Of a stretch of 64,000 bases of DNA, positions 29,119 to 46,128 are shown piece by piece; position 1 is the first letter of the stretch; each line of letters opens with the position of its first letter. The notes under the pieces are model-generated. The model was not told where the DNA came from. It made no database searches and saw only the letters and a program-made list of their open reading frames with translations. The position numbers were made by a program, and so were the translations under genes. Origin of the DNA: the human T2T-CHM13v2.0 reference genome, Homo sapiens; the NCBI RefSeq assembly GCF_009914755.1, contig NC_060929.1; one strand, written 5' to 3'.

Positions 29119-29709
29119 TACTATGTGGATATCAAGAAGAATTAAGATTTATATGGGCTATGGAACAACATACTATTTATGACATTACAGTCCAAATAAA
29201 ACTAGAGAATTGCATGTAAAGTATACTTTCATTTGTATAAGAATAAAGTGTGTTTATGAACATACATACATACACACATATGCTTGTTTATACATAGAAA
29301 AATTCAAGAAGGTTATATAAGAAAATGAAATCAGTAATTGCTTCTAGGAAAACAAAAATGGGGTCTGGGATGGGAGAGAGATTTACATTTTCTCTATGTA
29401 CAATTTAAACTGTTGGGATTTTTTTACCATGTTTACAAAATACGTTTTTTGATTAAATTTTTTTAATTACGAGAAAATGATAAGTCTAACAATTTGAAAA
29501 AGAAAGAAAAAACATCCACCAACCAACCAATCTAAAAGATATCACTTGTGTTTTTATATATTCCCTCTGAATCTTGGGTGATTTTTTTTTACAGTGAGAT
29601 AGTTACACATACAACTTTATAATTGGCTTTTCTTCCTGCTTACTTATATAACTAAAATTTAGGAAGTACTTACCAAGTTTTGGGCATGGTGATAAAGCAT
29701 TTCCTTGAA

Positions 29710-30445
29710 TCATATTTCATTGAAATTGAGATGTTATTGATTGTAAGATGCACCATTTCCCTATGTACCATTAAGAAATAACTTTTTTTGAAAAACTGCT
29801 CACTAAACTATAACACAAACAAGACATAATTTTTTTTTCTCCAATTGAACCACATGTCGTTGAAAGTTAAGCAACTTCTAGAGTAAATAGGAAACTTCTG
29901 ACATATTGGTGCTTGACATTTTAATGATGGTTCTACACAAGGCATGAATTGATCATACCAGCCTCTCATCACTTTGAAATTCTTTTTTATATAGTCTTAA
30001 GATTACACAGTTTCTTTGCCATTGGCTGGTATACGATACGCTCATACCTCAGTCACAAAATATAACACAGTTTCCTCTTTGGGTTGTTTTGCATGAATAA
30101 GTGGAATTGCAGTCTTTCCTTCAGGAACAAATACTTGCTTTACTAAATATCAAATTTAAACCCTCCTGCTCTACTTCGATGCCATTGTCCATACACAGTA
30201 ATGTTTGTTTCCATGGTGAATCAATGTAATTTTTAAGGCACTTTAAATGGTAATTAAATTCAAATTGTATGGCACCACAATGTATATAATTCAACTGATG
30301 AAACAACTGCAAGAAAAGTGACAGCCAAGTTTACATGTGTAAGCAACAGCAATTCTGTGATTGTAAGACAATCAATTGTAAGTCATGGCGCAATATCAGT
30401 TAAAGTGTGAAAAAATATTCTCTTCAGAATAGATAAAATATAGTA
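29710..30445 (-). mobile_element. Kanga1/MER104-like TcMar-Tc2 DNA transposon with decayed transposase N-terminus
   Basis: tatttcattga...gattgtaagatgcacc at the left end and gattgtaagac...agaatagataaaatatagta at the right end; interior resembles the Kanga1 transposase start on the minus strand. Confidence 0.65.
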
Positions 30446-30844
30446 TTATTCACTAAATCCTCAAATAATCTTTAAGTCGATTTTATTATTCCTCACATGA
30501 GAAAACTGAGAAACAAAGAGATCATCAAGATGCATAGTTATTAAGAAGCAGGTCTTTTTAAAAGTAGTTCCTCTGGTTCCAGCGCCCACAAGTCTTAACC
30601 TTTAAGCTATGTTGTCTCCTTGTTGTCCTAAGACTTTTCCTTACATAACAGTCATTCTAGAAAATTTGAAAAATACAGAAATTATAAACAAGCAAATAAC
30701 AAGGCTATTACAATTTTATCACCTACAGGCAGTCACTGCCAACATATTGATGGGTTTCTTTTAAAATTTCCCATATATCTTTTCATATAGTTGAAATTAT
30801 AGTGGAAATACTTTTTCATGTCCTACTTGATTCACTTAGCATGT

Positions 30845-31306
30845 TGTATTGGTTCGCTGTGGTTGCTGAAAAAAATTAGTACAAACTCTGTGCCTTCAAA
30901 CAAAAGAAATTTATTCTTTCAAAGTTCTGGAGGCCATAAGTCTGAGATGAACGTGTGGACAGGGCCACAGCACTCCCGCTAGAAGATCTAGGGAGAATCC
31001 ATTGTTTGCCTCTTCCAGCTTCTGATGATCGACAGCATCCTCAGTCTGAAGCCATGTCATTCTGATCTCTGCCTGGTCTTCACACTGATTTCTCCTCTGT
31101 GTCTGTGTCTTCTCTTCTGTCATAAGTGTCATAAGGACATTTGCCATTGGATTTGGGGTCCACCCAGGTAATACAGGATCTCAAGATCCTTAAGATCTTA
31201 ATTACATCTGAAAAGATCCTTTGTCCAAATAAGGTCACATTCACAGGTTCTAGGGATGAGGAGCCAAGAACATATCCTTTTGGGATCCACCATTCAACCC
31301 ACTACA
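30845..31306 (-). mobile_element. MLT1C-like LTR
   Basis: aaatttattctttcaaagttctggaggcc...gcctcttccagcttctg...attcaacccactaca. Confidence 0.85.
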
Positions 31307-34300
31307 AGTCTCATAAGCATTTTCTTATGTTATTAAAAACTCTTATTCACAGACATTTTTAATAGCTCCATAATATTCTATCATGTCTACACAATATTCT
31401 AGCATGTTTACCTGGCTACAAGTTTGCATTAGGTCTGTGTTCAAAGCCCAGCAAAGCAGAACTGAGAGATTTCTGACATCTTGGTGAATATTTTATTAAT
31501 ATTATCTTGTGTCGCTTTATGAAGAGACTGGTGATTCAACTGAGTTGGATTTTCATTGTTTATTAAGGACTGCCATTCTAAATATTCAGGTGGTTAATCT
31601 GAATGTCGAACTACCGTTTTGAGCTAGAAAACAGATTTGCTGGAGAGGCAGTGCTAGGTGGAAAGGGGAAATATGAATTTAGAGTGATCTGTATTCAAAT
31701 GCTGGCTCTGACTGTCTTTATTTTCTGTAGCACTGGACAATTTAACCTACCTTGGAGATTAAATGTCTTATTCTGTCAAAGAAAGATTATAAAGTTTATT
31801 TTAGACAGTTGTTATGAAGATGAGATAGGGTATATAAAAAAGATTGCACAGCCAAATTATTTTATACAACATGTTATCCACAAAGAATTAGGCAGTGGAG
31901 AGGCTGCCTCGGCACCTGGTTCATTAATTAGATGCCATTAAGCTCCACTAGTGGTGTCATGTGAAGCTTTCATGCTAACGTTTGTTTTGCATCAACAATG
32001 CCAAACAGTTAAATCTTTAGTGAAAGATTTCCCTGTGGGAATGTATATTCTTCTTCTCCACATTATAAAAAGAAAATTCCCTGGAGTGAGACACAGTCAT
32101 GGAGTCTACAGTGAAGGTAGATGTATACTTAAATACATTGAAAGAATGACACATTATTCACAGCACATTAGAGAATTAAGTCAATACTGATACTATAGTC
32201 TTTTAAATAAAGTAAATAAAAAGACGAAAGATAAATTGATGTTCCTAGAGCAGCACAGCTTAATGAAGCATAATATATTAGCATCACCAGCCAAAATTAT
32301 GATGCTGATAATTTTGACAACATAGTGATCTTCTGTTGAGTTAGGGAACATCAACAAAGACATGTTATTCTCTTTCAAATTGTAAAAAGAAATTATAATC
32401 CTGTTATATTAAACATATTTGATATATTTAAGTTATTACATGTTGCTTTAAATTTACAAAATCCTATGGTATTTAGAAAAGTCTAACAGTTCTTTTTGGA
32501 AGTAAACCAAAAACTCTTTGGCAAGAAGGAACTCCCAAGGTCTGTAGCCCAACCAGCCATTCCAGTAAGGGACTACTTTGACAGCAGCTAAGGGGTCATG
32601 TATCATACAGGCTTCGGCAGGAACAAGAGCTCCAAAAACAGGCATTCATTACTCCAGGGTTGTGAGTTACTTGGGAGCAAAAATATTGTCTTAGGCATAT
32701 TTGTTCCTTATACAACCCAGATCCTAACATAGTATGCCTGGAACATAGTTGACGCTCAATAAATGGTTGTTGAATAAATAGCCTGCCTAGCGAGGCAGCC
32801 TTTTCCATTAAGGGGCAGCATCATTGTTTAGGAAGTTCTTCACAAATGGAACCTAAAGCAGCTATTTTAAAGTATTTGCCTTTCTCTTCTAGTCCCCTAG
32901 CATTCTCCATTGTGTGATGTTGATTCATTAGATAGAAAAGGGAAGCATATTAAATTTATAATTAACCTTTCCTTTTGACATGTAATTAGCTAGGATTTAT
33001 GAGATGCTAAAGGCTGCAATGCCTGAGAAAGGGAGCATAAATATATAAATAGGAGTGTTTTTATTTTACCGAGCTTGGAATAATAGTCATTTGTTTTCAT
33101 TGAGACATTATATATCGGATATATTTTCATTTTAGATTGGCTAATGATCTTCTATTTTCTGTCCAGTCCTGGACTAGAGATCTAATTTTAACTTTTCTGT
33201 ATTAAAATTGAGAATCATGTCAGGTCAAGTCAATGTAAAATATTATAAAGTGTGAATTCACTTTTCATTTCCATTTTGTTGTGATAATTTTCTTATTGTG
33301 CTACTATTATAATTCAAAACTACGTTGTCAATAGAGTAACATTTAGATGAACCAGATGAATAGCAAAGAAAACTGTTTTAGAATTTATATTAAACTAGAC
33401 CTTATCACTATTTACACTAAGTTTTACAATATTTTGCAAGCAAATTTTTACCAACTAATAGTTTTTTTTCCGTAAGATGGAATTAATTTTAAACTTTTCT
33501 TCTCTTTTATTTAGGAATAAATATCTTTTCACCCAAATTTAACAGGCTACCTTCAAGAGAAAAAAGTGCTTGCAGTAAGGAAACAGATTACAAAGTATCT
33601 AATATTTTACTTATTTGGAAATCCATCTAGCTGACATGCCAAATGAAATATGAGACATTCTTAGCCTTGGAAAACTTTCTCCCAAACTTAAAAATAGCTC
33701 ATATTCTCTTTATTATTAAGCACATAAGACATCTAACTTCACCCTGAACTGTCTTTTACCTTATAGTTTTGGGCTTCTAAATCTTGTAAAAACCTCTGTA
33801 ACATCACTTAGATCACATATTTTCTTCATGTACTATGCTTTATCATGCCATTCAATTATGGAGACTAAAACGAGCAGCCAGAGTTCTTGTTCAAAGCATC
33901 ACTTTCTCTCAGCCATGCTATGGTAAATCACTCTTTTTTTATTTTTTAAATTCACTTTCCAAAGTTTAAACCAGAAATAGGAGATTTTTGTTCTATACTT
34001 AGCAGTCTTTCATGGCTTCCCATTTACTTCAATTCTCAAAGTAGGAGTGTTGACCTGTAATTGTCATTATTATTACCATTATTAATCTTTCATAAGTACA
34101 ACTTATATTCTGCTGATTCCTTTCCCCTCTTGTTAGTTGGATAGATGTGATCTTTTGCAAGTAGACTTTTACTATAGTCTTCACAGTTCTTATTTTCCAT
34201 ATTTACTTTTCCCAATTATTTGAATAACACTTCTTGTGTACCATGATTTAATAATTGTTGTTAAACTGTTATTATTGTGACTTTCTACAGTAAAGATATT

Positions 34301-36219
34301 TTTAAGAAACATGTTAAAAACATAAAGTATGTGAGCTGAAGGAAGAATGCTATACCCATAAATGTTTACACCTACCATATACCCACAAAAATTAAAAATT
34401 AAAAAAGTGAAATACTATAAAAACAAGAAAAATATATGAAAAGAAATAAGCAAAGTTTAGTTAGCTGAACTGTGTTCTGTTCTTTAGGACGTTCCATACC
34501 TTTCTTATGAGGCCTGCCATGAGTAAGAGATAGGCTGACCTAAATTCTTCTTGGTCTTTGTTCATCTGAGATGGAGAGGAAAAAATGTTACCTATTTCAT
34601 TACCTGGTCACCATGAATCTGGGCACTAGTTTTCATTCTACATTTTGACTACTATCCTCAGAGAATTTCTCTGTTTCCTGTGATAGCAGTGATTGCTCTC
34701 TTTTGAGAGTTGTGATCCAGGGTTAAAGCTGATTATTCCCCCAAACTTCTTCAATGGTTTTTGTTAAATGGCCATTTGTTAAATGGCCCCTGTCTGTACT
34801 TAAATATTAGGTAAGAGAGCTATTAGGAAGGAAAGCCAGAAGGACGGCAGGCATAAATATCTTTTTCTGTGTTGCTGGGACAAGGTGACCTGGAAGACAG
34901 TCACTGTATTAATGTTAATGAGTATAAACAAGCCCTGCAGCAAGACTCAAATAGTACAGCCCAAATCATAATGTTTAGTTCGAAGCAAACTAGGCTCTGT
35001 GATTGGAACACAGAGATGAATGAGATGCTCTGTCCCCAAGAAGCTTATTGTCTAGCTTCTTTTTCCCTATGAGGATAAGAAACCCCTGTAAAACTGGGGC
35101 ATCACTGTTAGAACAATGTAGAATACTCCTCAGGGAGGATCAGTAAGCATTTATCAGGGTGAGAAAAGTTAGACTTTGTGTGGTATAGAATTTGTGGAAA
35201 AAATGAGATGAATAGCAAGTCATACCATTGAGCCCCAACCTTTTATTATTAGATTTATCAAATAACTGGTGTGCCACTACCATCTTTATTTCCTTGCCAC
35301 TTCATTATTTAATCTCTTAGGATCATCCAGCCAGATCACTCCTCTGAAACTACACCCTGATCACTTAACTGAAACTACGTCCTAAAAGAACATAATTCTT
35401 TGAGTATTAATTTAATGGTATAATGTACACAGAACAGCAAGAAAATTAATAGAATGGATTTGGAATTAGGCAGACCTAAGTTAAACTCCTGCTTCTATTA
35501 TTTACTAACTAGCTTTGGTGACCTTAGAAATCATTTTTAAAACCTCACTTGTGAAAAGGGACAATAAAACCTACCTAATAAGATTATCATAAAGATCGAC
35601 TGAGATAAAATATGTAAAGCACCTAGCACAAAGCAAGGCATATAGTTTGTGTTCAGCGATTATTCTTATTATTTTAAGAGGCTTTTCACATGTGTTTATT
35701 TCTCCTACATTTCTATATCATGTGAAATATGGCACCATCTCATACTTAAGAAAAATGGTTTTTTTTAATTCTTCCGGGACAAAACCTTAAATAACCCTTA
35801 ATGTCCAATCCTTGGACTTCTATTCTTTATCTTTTAAGAAGCTGTTATCATTCCGCCCATAGGGATGAAGAGAAGAACCCAGCAAAAAAGAGAGTTATAC
35901 TGCTTTCAGAGAAGTAACCCTCAGTGTAGGAACATAGCCAACCCAAGGTAACCTTGTGAGAGAGGCAGTCATCAGTGATACACCGACCTCAGTCTCCTCC
36001 TATTCATTCTCTGATTTACTGCTGAAGCTCCATTTTGGATGAATACAATCACAGCCAGAGAGGATAGGAGCCCATGGATATAGTCCTTACAAGTAAGCCT
36101 CCTCCCAGAATAAAGAACAAAGCAGAGACGAGAAAGCAGAGAAGAGTGGCGAGTAGACATGCAGAGGCAAACACAAGGTGTCTGACATGGGCATATAGAA
36201 ATGACTCTACAGAACATGT

Positions 36220-36573
36220 GTGTCTTCATCCACTAGGGCTGCTCTAACAAGATACCCTGGACTGTGTGGCTTCAACAACAGATACTTATTTCTCACCATT
36301 TGAAGGGCTGGGAAGCTAAGATCAAGGTGCTGACGGATTTGATGTTTTGGTAGGGGCCTCTTTCTGGTTTGTAGACAGCTGTCTCCTTTTATCCTCACAT
36401 GGCCAAGAGACAGCATGTCTGTCCTTATAAGGGCCCTAATCCCAGTCATGAAAGTTCCACCCCTATAACCTAATCACCTCCCCAAGGCCCCACTTCCAAA
36501 TACCATTACAATGGAAGTTAGGTTTTGACATATGAATTTGGAGGGTTAGGGGGATGCAATGTTCATTTATAAC
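36220..36573 (-). mobile_element. MLT1A-like LTR
   Basis: gggctgctctaacaagatacc...ttataagggccctaatccc...acctaatcacctcccaaggccccac. Confidence 0.82.
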
Positions 36574-36574
36574 A

Positions 36575-38530
<1,956 letters not shown>

Positions 38531-40067
38531 AAGAATGAAAACCATATGTTCTCTCTTTATTAAAATAAGTTTACATGTGATATACCATCAGCCCACTTAA
38601 ATAAATACATTCAAACCCATTTCTTAAATTCAAAAACCAAAGAGAAGATTGAAACAGGAAAACAAATATATTTAATTTACACACACACAAAACAAATGTG
38701 TATATTACTTAAAGGAGAATACTGATCAATTACATTAAAATTAAAATATATAAAAAAGCTTATATATATCAAAATATAAATAAACTTTTATCTATATATA
38801 AATATAGCTTTTATCTATATTATATATTACATGTATGTTATTTTTATACTTAGGAATACTATTTAAAATTAATCAGCATTTACTACACAACTCAGCTGTG
38901 ATTAGTGTTTGGATCTACAATATACATTATTCATATATTATTTCTAATTCTCCAACAACTGAAAATTAGTTGTCACTATCCTCATTTTTCAAATGTAGAA
39001 ACTGAGAACCTGATAAGTTAACCAATTTGCCTCCGATAATCCAGCCATTTAGGGGTAGAGCCAGCTAATAGGTATAGAGCCATTTGAATTGCAGTCCTTC
39101 TGCCTCCCAAATTGACATGCTTTCTGTCATGTTACAAGACAGTCCTGTTCTCCAGTCTTCTGTAGTGTTTGGGCACACTTCTTTCACATGTTATCTGAGG
39201 AGGCTTTCTGACTCCCTATTAATATGTGGCACTGAAGCTATGGACACTTATTCTAGAACTCATTTTCTTGTGTTCATAATGAAGGGTATAACACTAGTTC
39301 CTTTAAGCACTAAAAGTCTGTGTTATTTAACCATGAAAATATAAAACTGCCATTTACCTCTTAATTAGTGGTCTTCCTTTTCTGGATAATGGCAGGAAAC
39401 TGGAAGTGAGGTTAAACTAGAAGAAAAGAAAATCATAAATACAAGCAGACTCTCACAGCAGGAGGCCATTTTTTTTCTAACACCTGTTTGTTTGTTATGA
39501 TAACTTCTCTCTAAATCAAGGTAATTGTGAGAAGTACAGAATAAATTATAAATAAATTCTGAGTTATGTGATATGTTTGACAAAATGTCTTATTTTCAAA
39601 CCTAATTCAGAATTATTCAATCAAGCTACAAGTGAGTTGCTTTCGTGGTCCAACTATAAACGGATGGCACAGAATGATTTCTGCTTAATATATCTGTTAC
39701 TAAACTCTAAATGGTAATTCAAAAGTTCTTACAGATGTTTTAAACATTTATTTTGTTAAGAAATAAAAATAATCTTCTTGTCACTTGTTTAAACTCTTAA
39801 CCTGCTGAAAAAGGAAAGGCTTACCAAGTAAGCATTATCACACTTCAACTTGGGGTTCCTCTGAATACTGACAAATTTTCAAATCACTTTGAGGCAAATT
39901 AATTGTTCTGCTGATACTACCTTTAATACGCTCCTTAGGACTTTCAGCTTGAAACTTATTAATGCCTGAGCATTGTATACAGAACAGATGAAATTAGAAA
40001 TGATTACAGCAATGTTGAATAGATGTTCCCATTATAAAATTCATTGTTTTAAAATATTTTAATCTCG

Positions 40068-40384
<317 letters not shown>

Positions 40385-40407
40385 TTAATGGCAATGTATA
40401 GTCCACT

Positions 40408-40642
40408 AATGGTTCTCAAGCAGGGTTGATGTTGCCCTCCAGGGGACATTTGGCAATGTCTGGAGACATTTTAATTTGTCACACTAACTGGACCAGGTAA
40501 GAGTTGGAGTAGAGGCACCAGCATTTAATGGGTAGAGAAGCCAGGGATACCTCTAAACAGCCTGCAATACATAGGACAATCCCCCACATGAAAGGATTAT
40601 CCAATCCCACACCAAAATAATACTACCAAGGTTGAGAGACCT
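40408..40642 (+). mobile_element. MER20 hAT-Charlie MITE
   Basis: tggttctcaa...ccaggggacatttggcaatgtctggagacatttt...aaggttgagagacc. Confidence 0.88.
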
Positions 40643-42049
40643 TCTTCTAACACTAAATAAATTTATCAACAGCTTTAATGGACTTACTAAAGGTTTTTGT
40701 CTTTAAAAGGTTAGGATTTAAAAAGATAAGATAGAAACAGCATGTACATACACACACGTATATCTATACATATATATTCGTGCTAAATAAAAATGTATGA
40801 GATGTGCTTCTAAAATAATGTGACTACTTTGTTAGCATGTGAAATTAATTGCTAACATTTAGAAAATGTTTTACTGTTTATGGAGTACTTTCTCACTACT
40901 GTCTTCCTGGCAATATTATCTATACCTATAGCCTCCACTTTCATCTCTATGATTGTGATTTTCAAATGTTTAGCCCAGATTTCAATATTACCATACCCTG
41001 ATGATTTTCTGTCTTCAGTATTCCTCCATCACTCCCTCTGCATTATTTGGCCCTCATCCTTGCTTTCATGGATGATTGTGTGACCCCATTGTGCAAGATC
41101 ACACTATCCTGTGGTTATAAAATAAGGAAACACTTTTTCTTACTGCACAAAGTGTAATGGCTTTAATCCTGACTAATTTCCAGAAATCAGCCCTCATCAG
41201 ATGACTCACCAGGTGCTTCTGAGAACTCTCAGGATTCCATCATATGGTCTCTTCAGCAGGTCTCCAGGGACCATGTGCCATCTAAGGCTCTAAGGCTGCC
41301 ATATCTTTCTGTAAGATCACAATGATGGCTCAGGTGAGTGTGGCTTTCTGCAGATGACTTCTGTTACCAACACCCTGGTCTCAAGGAGGAAGTTTACTGC
41401 TCTCTCCTTTGCATTTCTTTCTGAAGCATGGGATAGGCCCTTCCTGAATTCCCCACAGTATAACTGAGTCCAGACTGTAACTTTTGACACAACTTCACTG
41501 CAGGTTTAGGAATAAAAGAAAGGAAGCAGAGTGAGGTAGTTACTTGCAACCTACACAGGCCCAGACCCATGCAGAGGTCCCAGAGATCTTATTCTTAGCC
41601 AGTATCTGCCTGTCCAGGGGTGGCTTCCCCTCTGGAAATGCCCCAGGACTCTCCATACTTTTGACTTTATTCCAAACTGACTCTGGCACCAGAAACAGGA
41701 GGAAATTTTCCCCTTACCCGGTTGAAACCTGACAGTTTTCATTCTCAGTATGACTGACATTCCTTGTAGACAAAAACCTCTATCCCCCATTCCTCCCCTC
41801 ACCCCCCATCCAAATAGGGATATGATCCGGTTCCCAAAAATAATCACATCAGAATACATGGGCCATTATCAGTTCATTTCCTAAAGTCTGGGTAACTTCA
41901 TTTTAAATACCCTCTTTTATGGGACATCAATAGCTCAGTGGAAGTTGGCCTGAACCAATCTCATTCTAGTCCATTTTCAGTCTCTCCTCATGAAGGATTT
42001 AAAGTCTTGGTGTCGGTCTTACAAAGAATCACCTCGTTATGAGAGTGGT

Positions 42050-42645
42050 GACTTTCCAACTCATCTTATTCCTCCAGTCTGGCTTCACTGAGTCCACACC
42101 TTTGCTGCTGCCAATGTTCGTCAGAAATACAAATCCATTCATTCACTTTGATACTTAAGACCCCACAGTGGTCCCATACAGCCCTCATGAATGCCCTCTT
42201 GCCTATTTCTTCAGTTCCCTCACTTCTCTTTTCCCCATTCACACGCTAGCTTAACTCCAGATGTTCAGGATTACTACAAATTTCTAAACATGATTCTTTC
42301 TCATGTCTCTGCCATTGCTGTTGTCTAGATCAAGAATTCCTTTCATACCTTTATTAGTCTGCCATATCTTATTCATGCTTCAAGACACAACTCAGTAGCA
42401 CCTCCTCCAGGAATCCGATCATTGCCCCATCCCCAAGCTTGAGTTAGGAACACCTTCTCTCTGGTGTGGAGCACATGGTACTTATCTCTATCACACCTCT
42501 TATCACACTGGACTGAAATTCTTTGTCACTTCCATGAACATGGGAGCTCCCTAAAAGCAGAGACAATGTTGTTGCACTCTGTATTCCCAGATACCTGGCA
42601 CAGGACCTGCAATACACTAAATTCTCAGGAAAATTTAACGAATGC
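42050..42645 (+). mobile_element. L2 3' end relic
   Basis: cttattcatgcttcaagacacaactc...ctctgtattcccagatacctggcacagg. Confidence 0.6.
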
Positions 42646-42729
42646 TGATTCTTTTTCATTTGATCCTCCTAACAACACTGGGACACTAATATTATTTCCA
42701 ATGGTACCAGTGGAAAGCAGTGATTCCAT

Positions 42730-44870
<2,141 letters not shown>

Positions 44871-45430
44871 TAAAAAGTAAAATATAACAGCTTCTAAAAA
44901 CTTCTGACTTTTTAAACTTTGAAAGATGTTCAAGAATTTTTTGTGTCAGAATGTCCTGATTTTAGAAATCTTTTGAAAATCAAAGATACAAAAGACATTG
45001 CAATGATAAAAATCTACGAAGTACATATATCTGTGCATAAAAATTTGATCAAAGTCACTCATTTAGCAAATTCACTTCTCCCAAAGGCTATCAGTCTTAA
45101 TACTCTTTTTCATAATGTTACTATACCTTTGCTTTAAGATAATTTATGCTTCATTCACTCAAAGCTAACTTTTAAATTTTAAACAACAAATCCATAGGTC
45201 ATAAAGAGGGCACATTCTAAGACGAAAGAACATTCCAGAGTCTGGTAGCATTATTTCAGAGTTTAATAAGGAGTTTAAAACATCTAATTTTGTAAAACTT
45301 CTGCTAATTTGATATTAACTATTTCTAGAACAAAATGCAAAAAGCAAAGCATTTACTGTTGAGTTTCTAATAGTCATTGGGTGGGCAAGTGTCAAGAAAA
45401 GAAAATTGATTAATGTAATATAGAATAAAT

Positions 45431-46128
45431 CAGTGTCCTCAACCAGGGACAATTTTGTCCTCCAGGAGACATTTGGCAACGTCTGGACACATGTATGTTT
45501 GCCACAATGAAGAAGGGGTAGTACTAATGGCATATAGTGGATAAAGGCCAGGGATGCTGTTAAGCATTGTACATTGCATAGGACAGGCCCTGTAAAAGAA
45601 ATCAATGACACTTGCTAAAGCATGGCAAGGAGGACTTTATTCAAGATCATTGCCATAGGTATAGGGACTATTGCAATAAGATTTTGCAGTTGGGGAGAGA
45701 GATTGTGCTCAACTCTGTATATAGCATGGGGCAAGTGGGAATTTATAGAGAAGGAGCAGGGTAGGAGAAGTGAATGGACAACTGCTAAGAGGAAGCATCA
45801 AGGGCAAGGAGGGTTCTGGCTAACACAACCTAACAGGATTCTTGCTTATGACAGGCTAGGGTTATTAGATTTCGTCTAAGGGATGTTGGAGGATGAGGAA
45901 CATATTGATGGTGATCATATATCAAGGATGCGGGTGATGGGGGGCAGTTGCTAAACTGACTCAACAGTTTGTTGCTAAATCTGATTTTACAAGAAAGTAT
46001 ACAGACAGGCCTAGGAGAAGGTTCAGGAGCCTGAATAAAGTTTGGTCAAGCAAAGAATTTTTATCACCCTCCATAACAAGGAAGTACCTGGCCCGATATG
46101 TAAACAGTGCCCAGGATGAAAAACCTTA
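45431..46128 (+). mobile_element. MER20 split by an LTR
   Basis: Halves at 45431-45590 and 46067-46128; perfect 8-bp hAT TSD gaataaat on both sides. Confidence 0.88.
45591..46066 (-). mobile_element. MER31/MER67-group ERV1 solo LTR
   Basis: TG...CA ends; minus strand starts tgataaaaattctttgcttgaccaaactttattcaggctcctgaaccttctcctaggcc. Confidence 0.8.

Noticed and set aside
33515-33574. Possible 60-nt plus-strand exon (cttttcttctcttttatttag|...GCA|gtaagg)
   Set aside because: Good acceptor but a mediocre donor, an unrecognised peptide and no partner exons; not supportable without RNA data.
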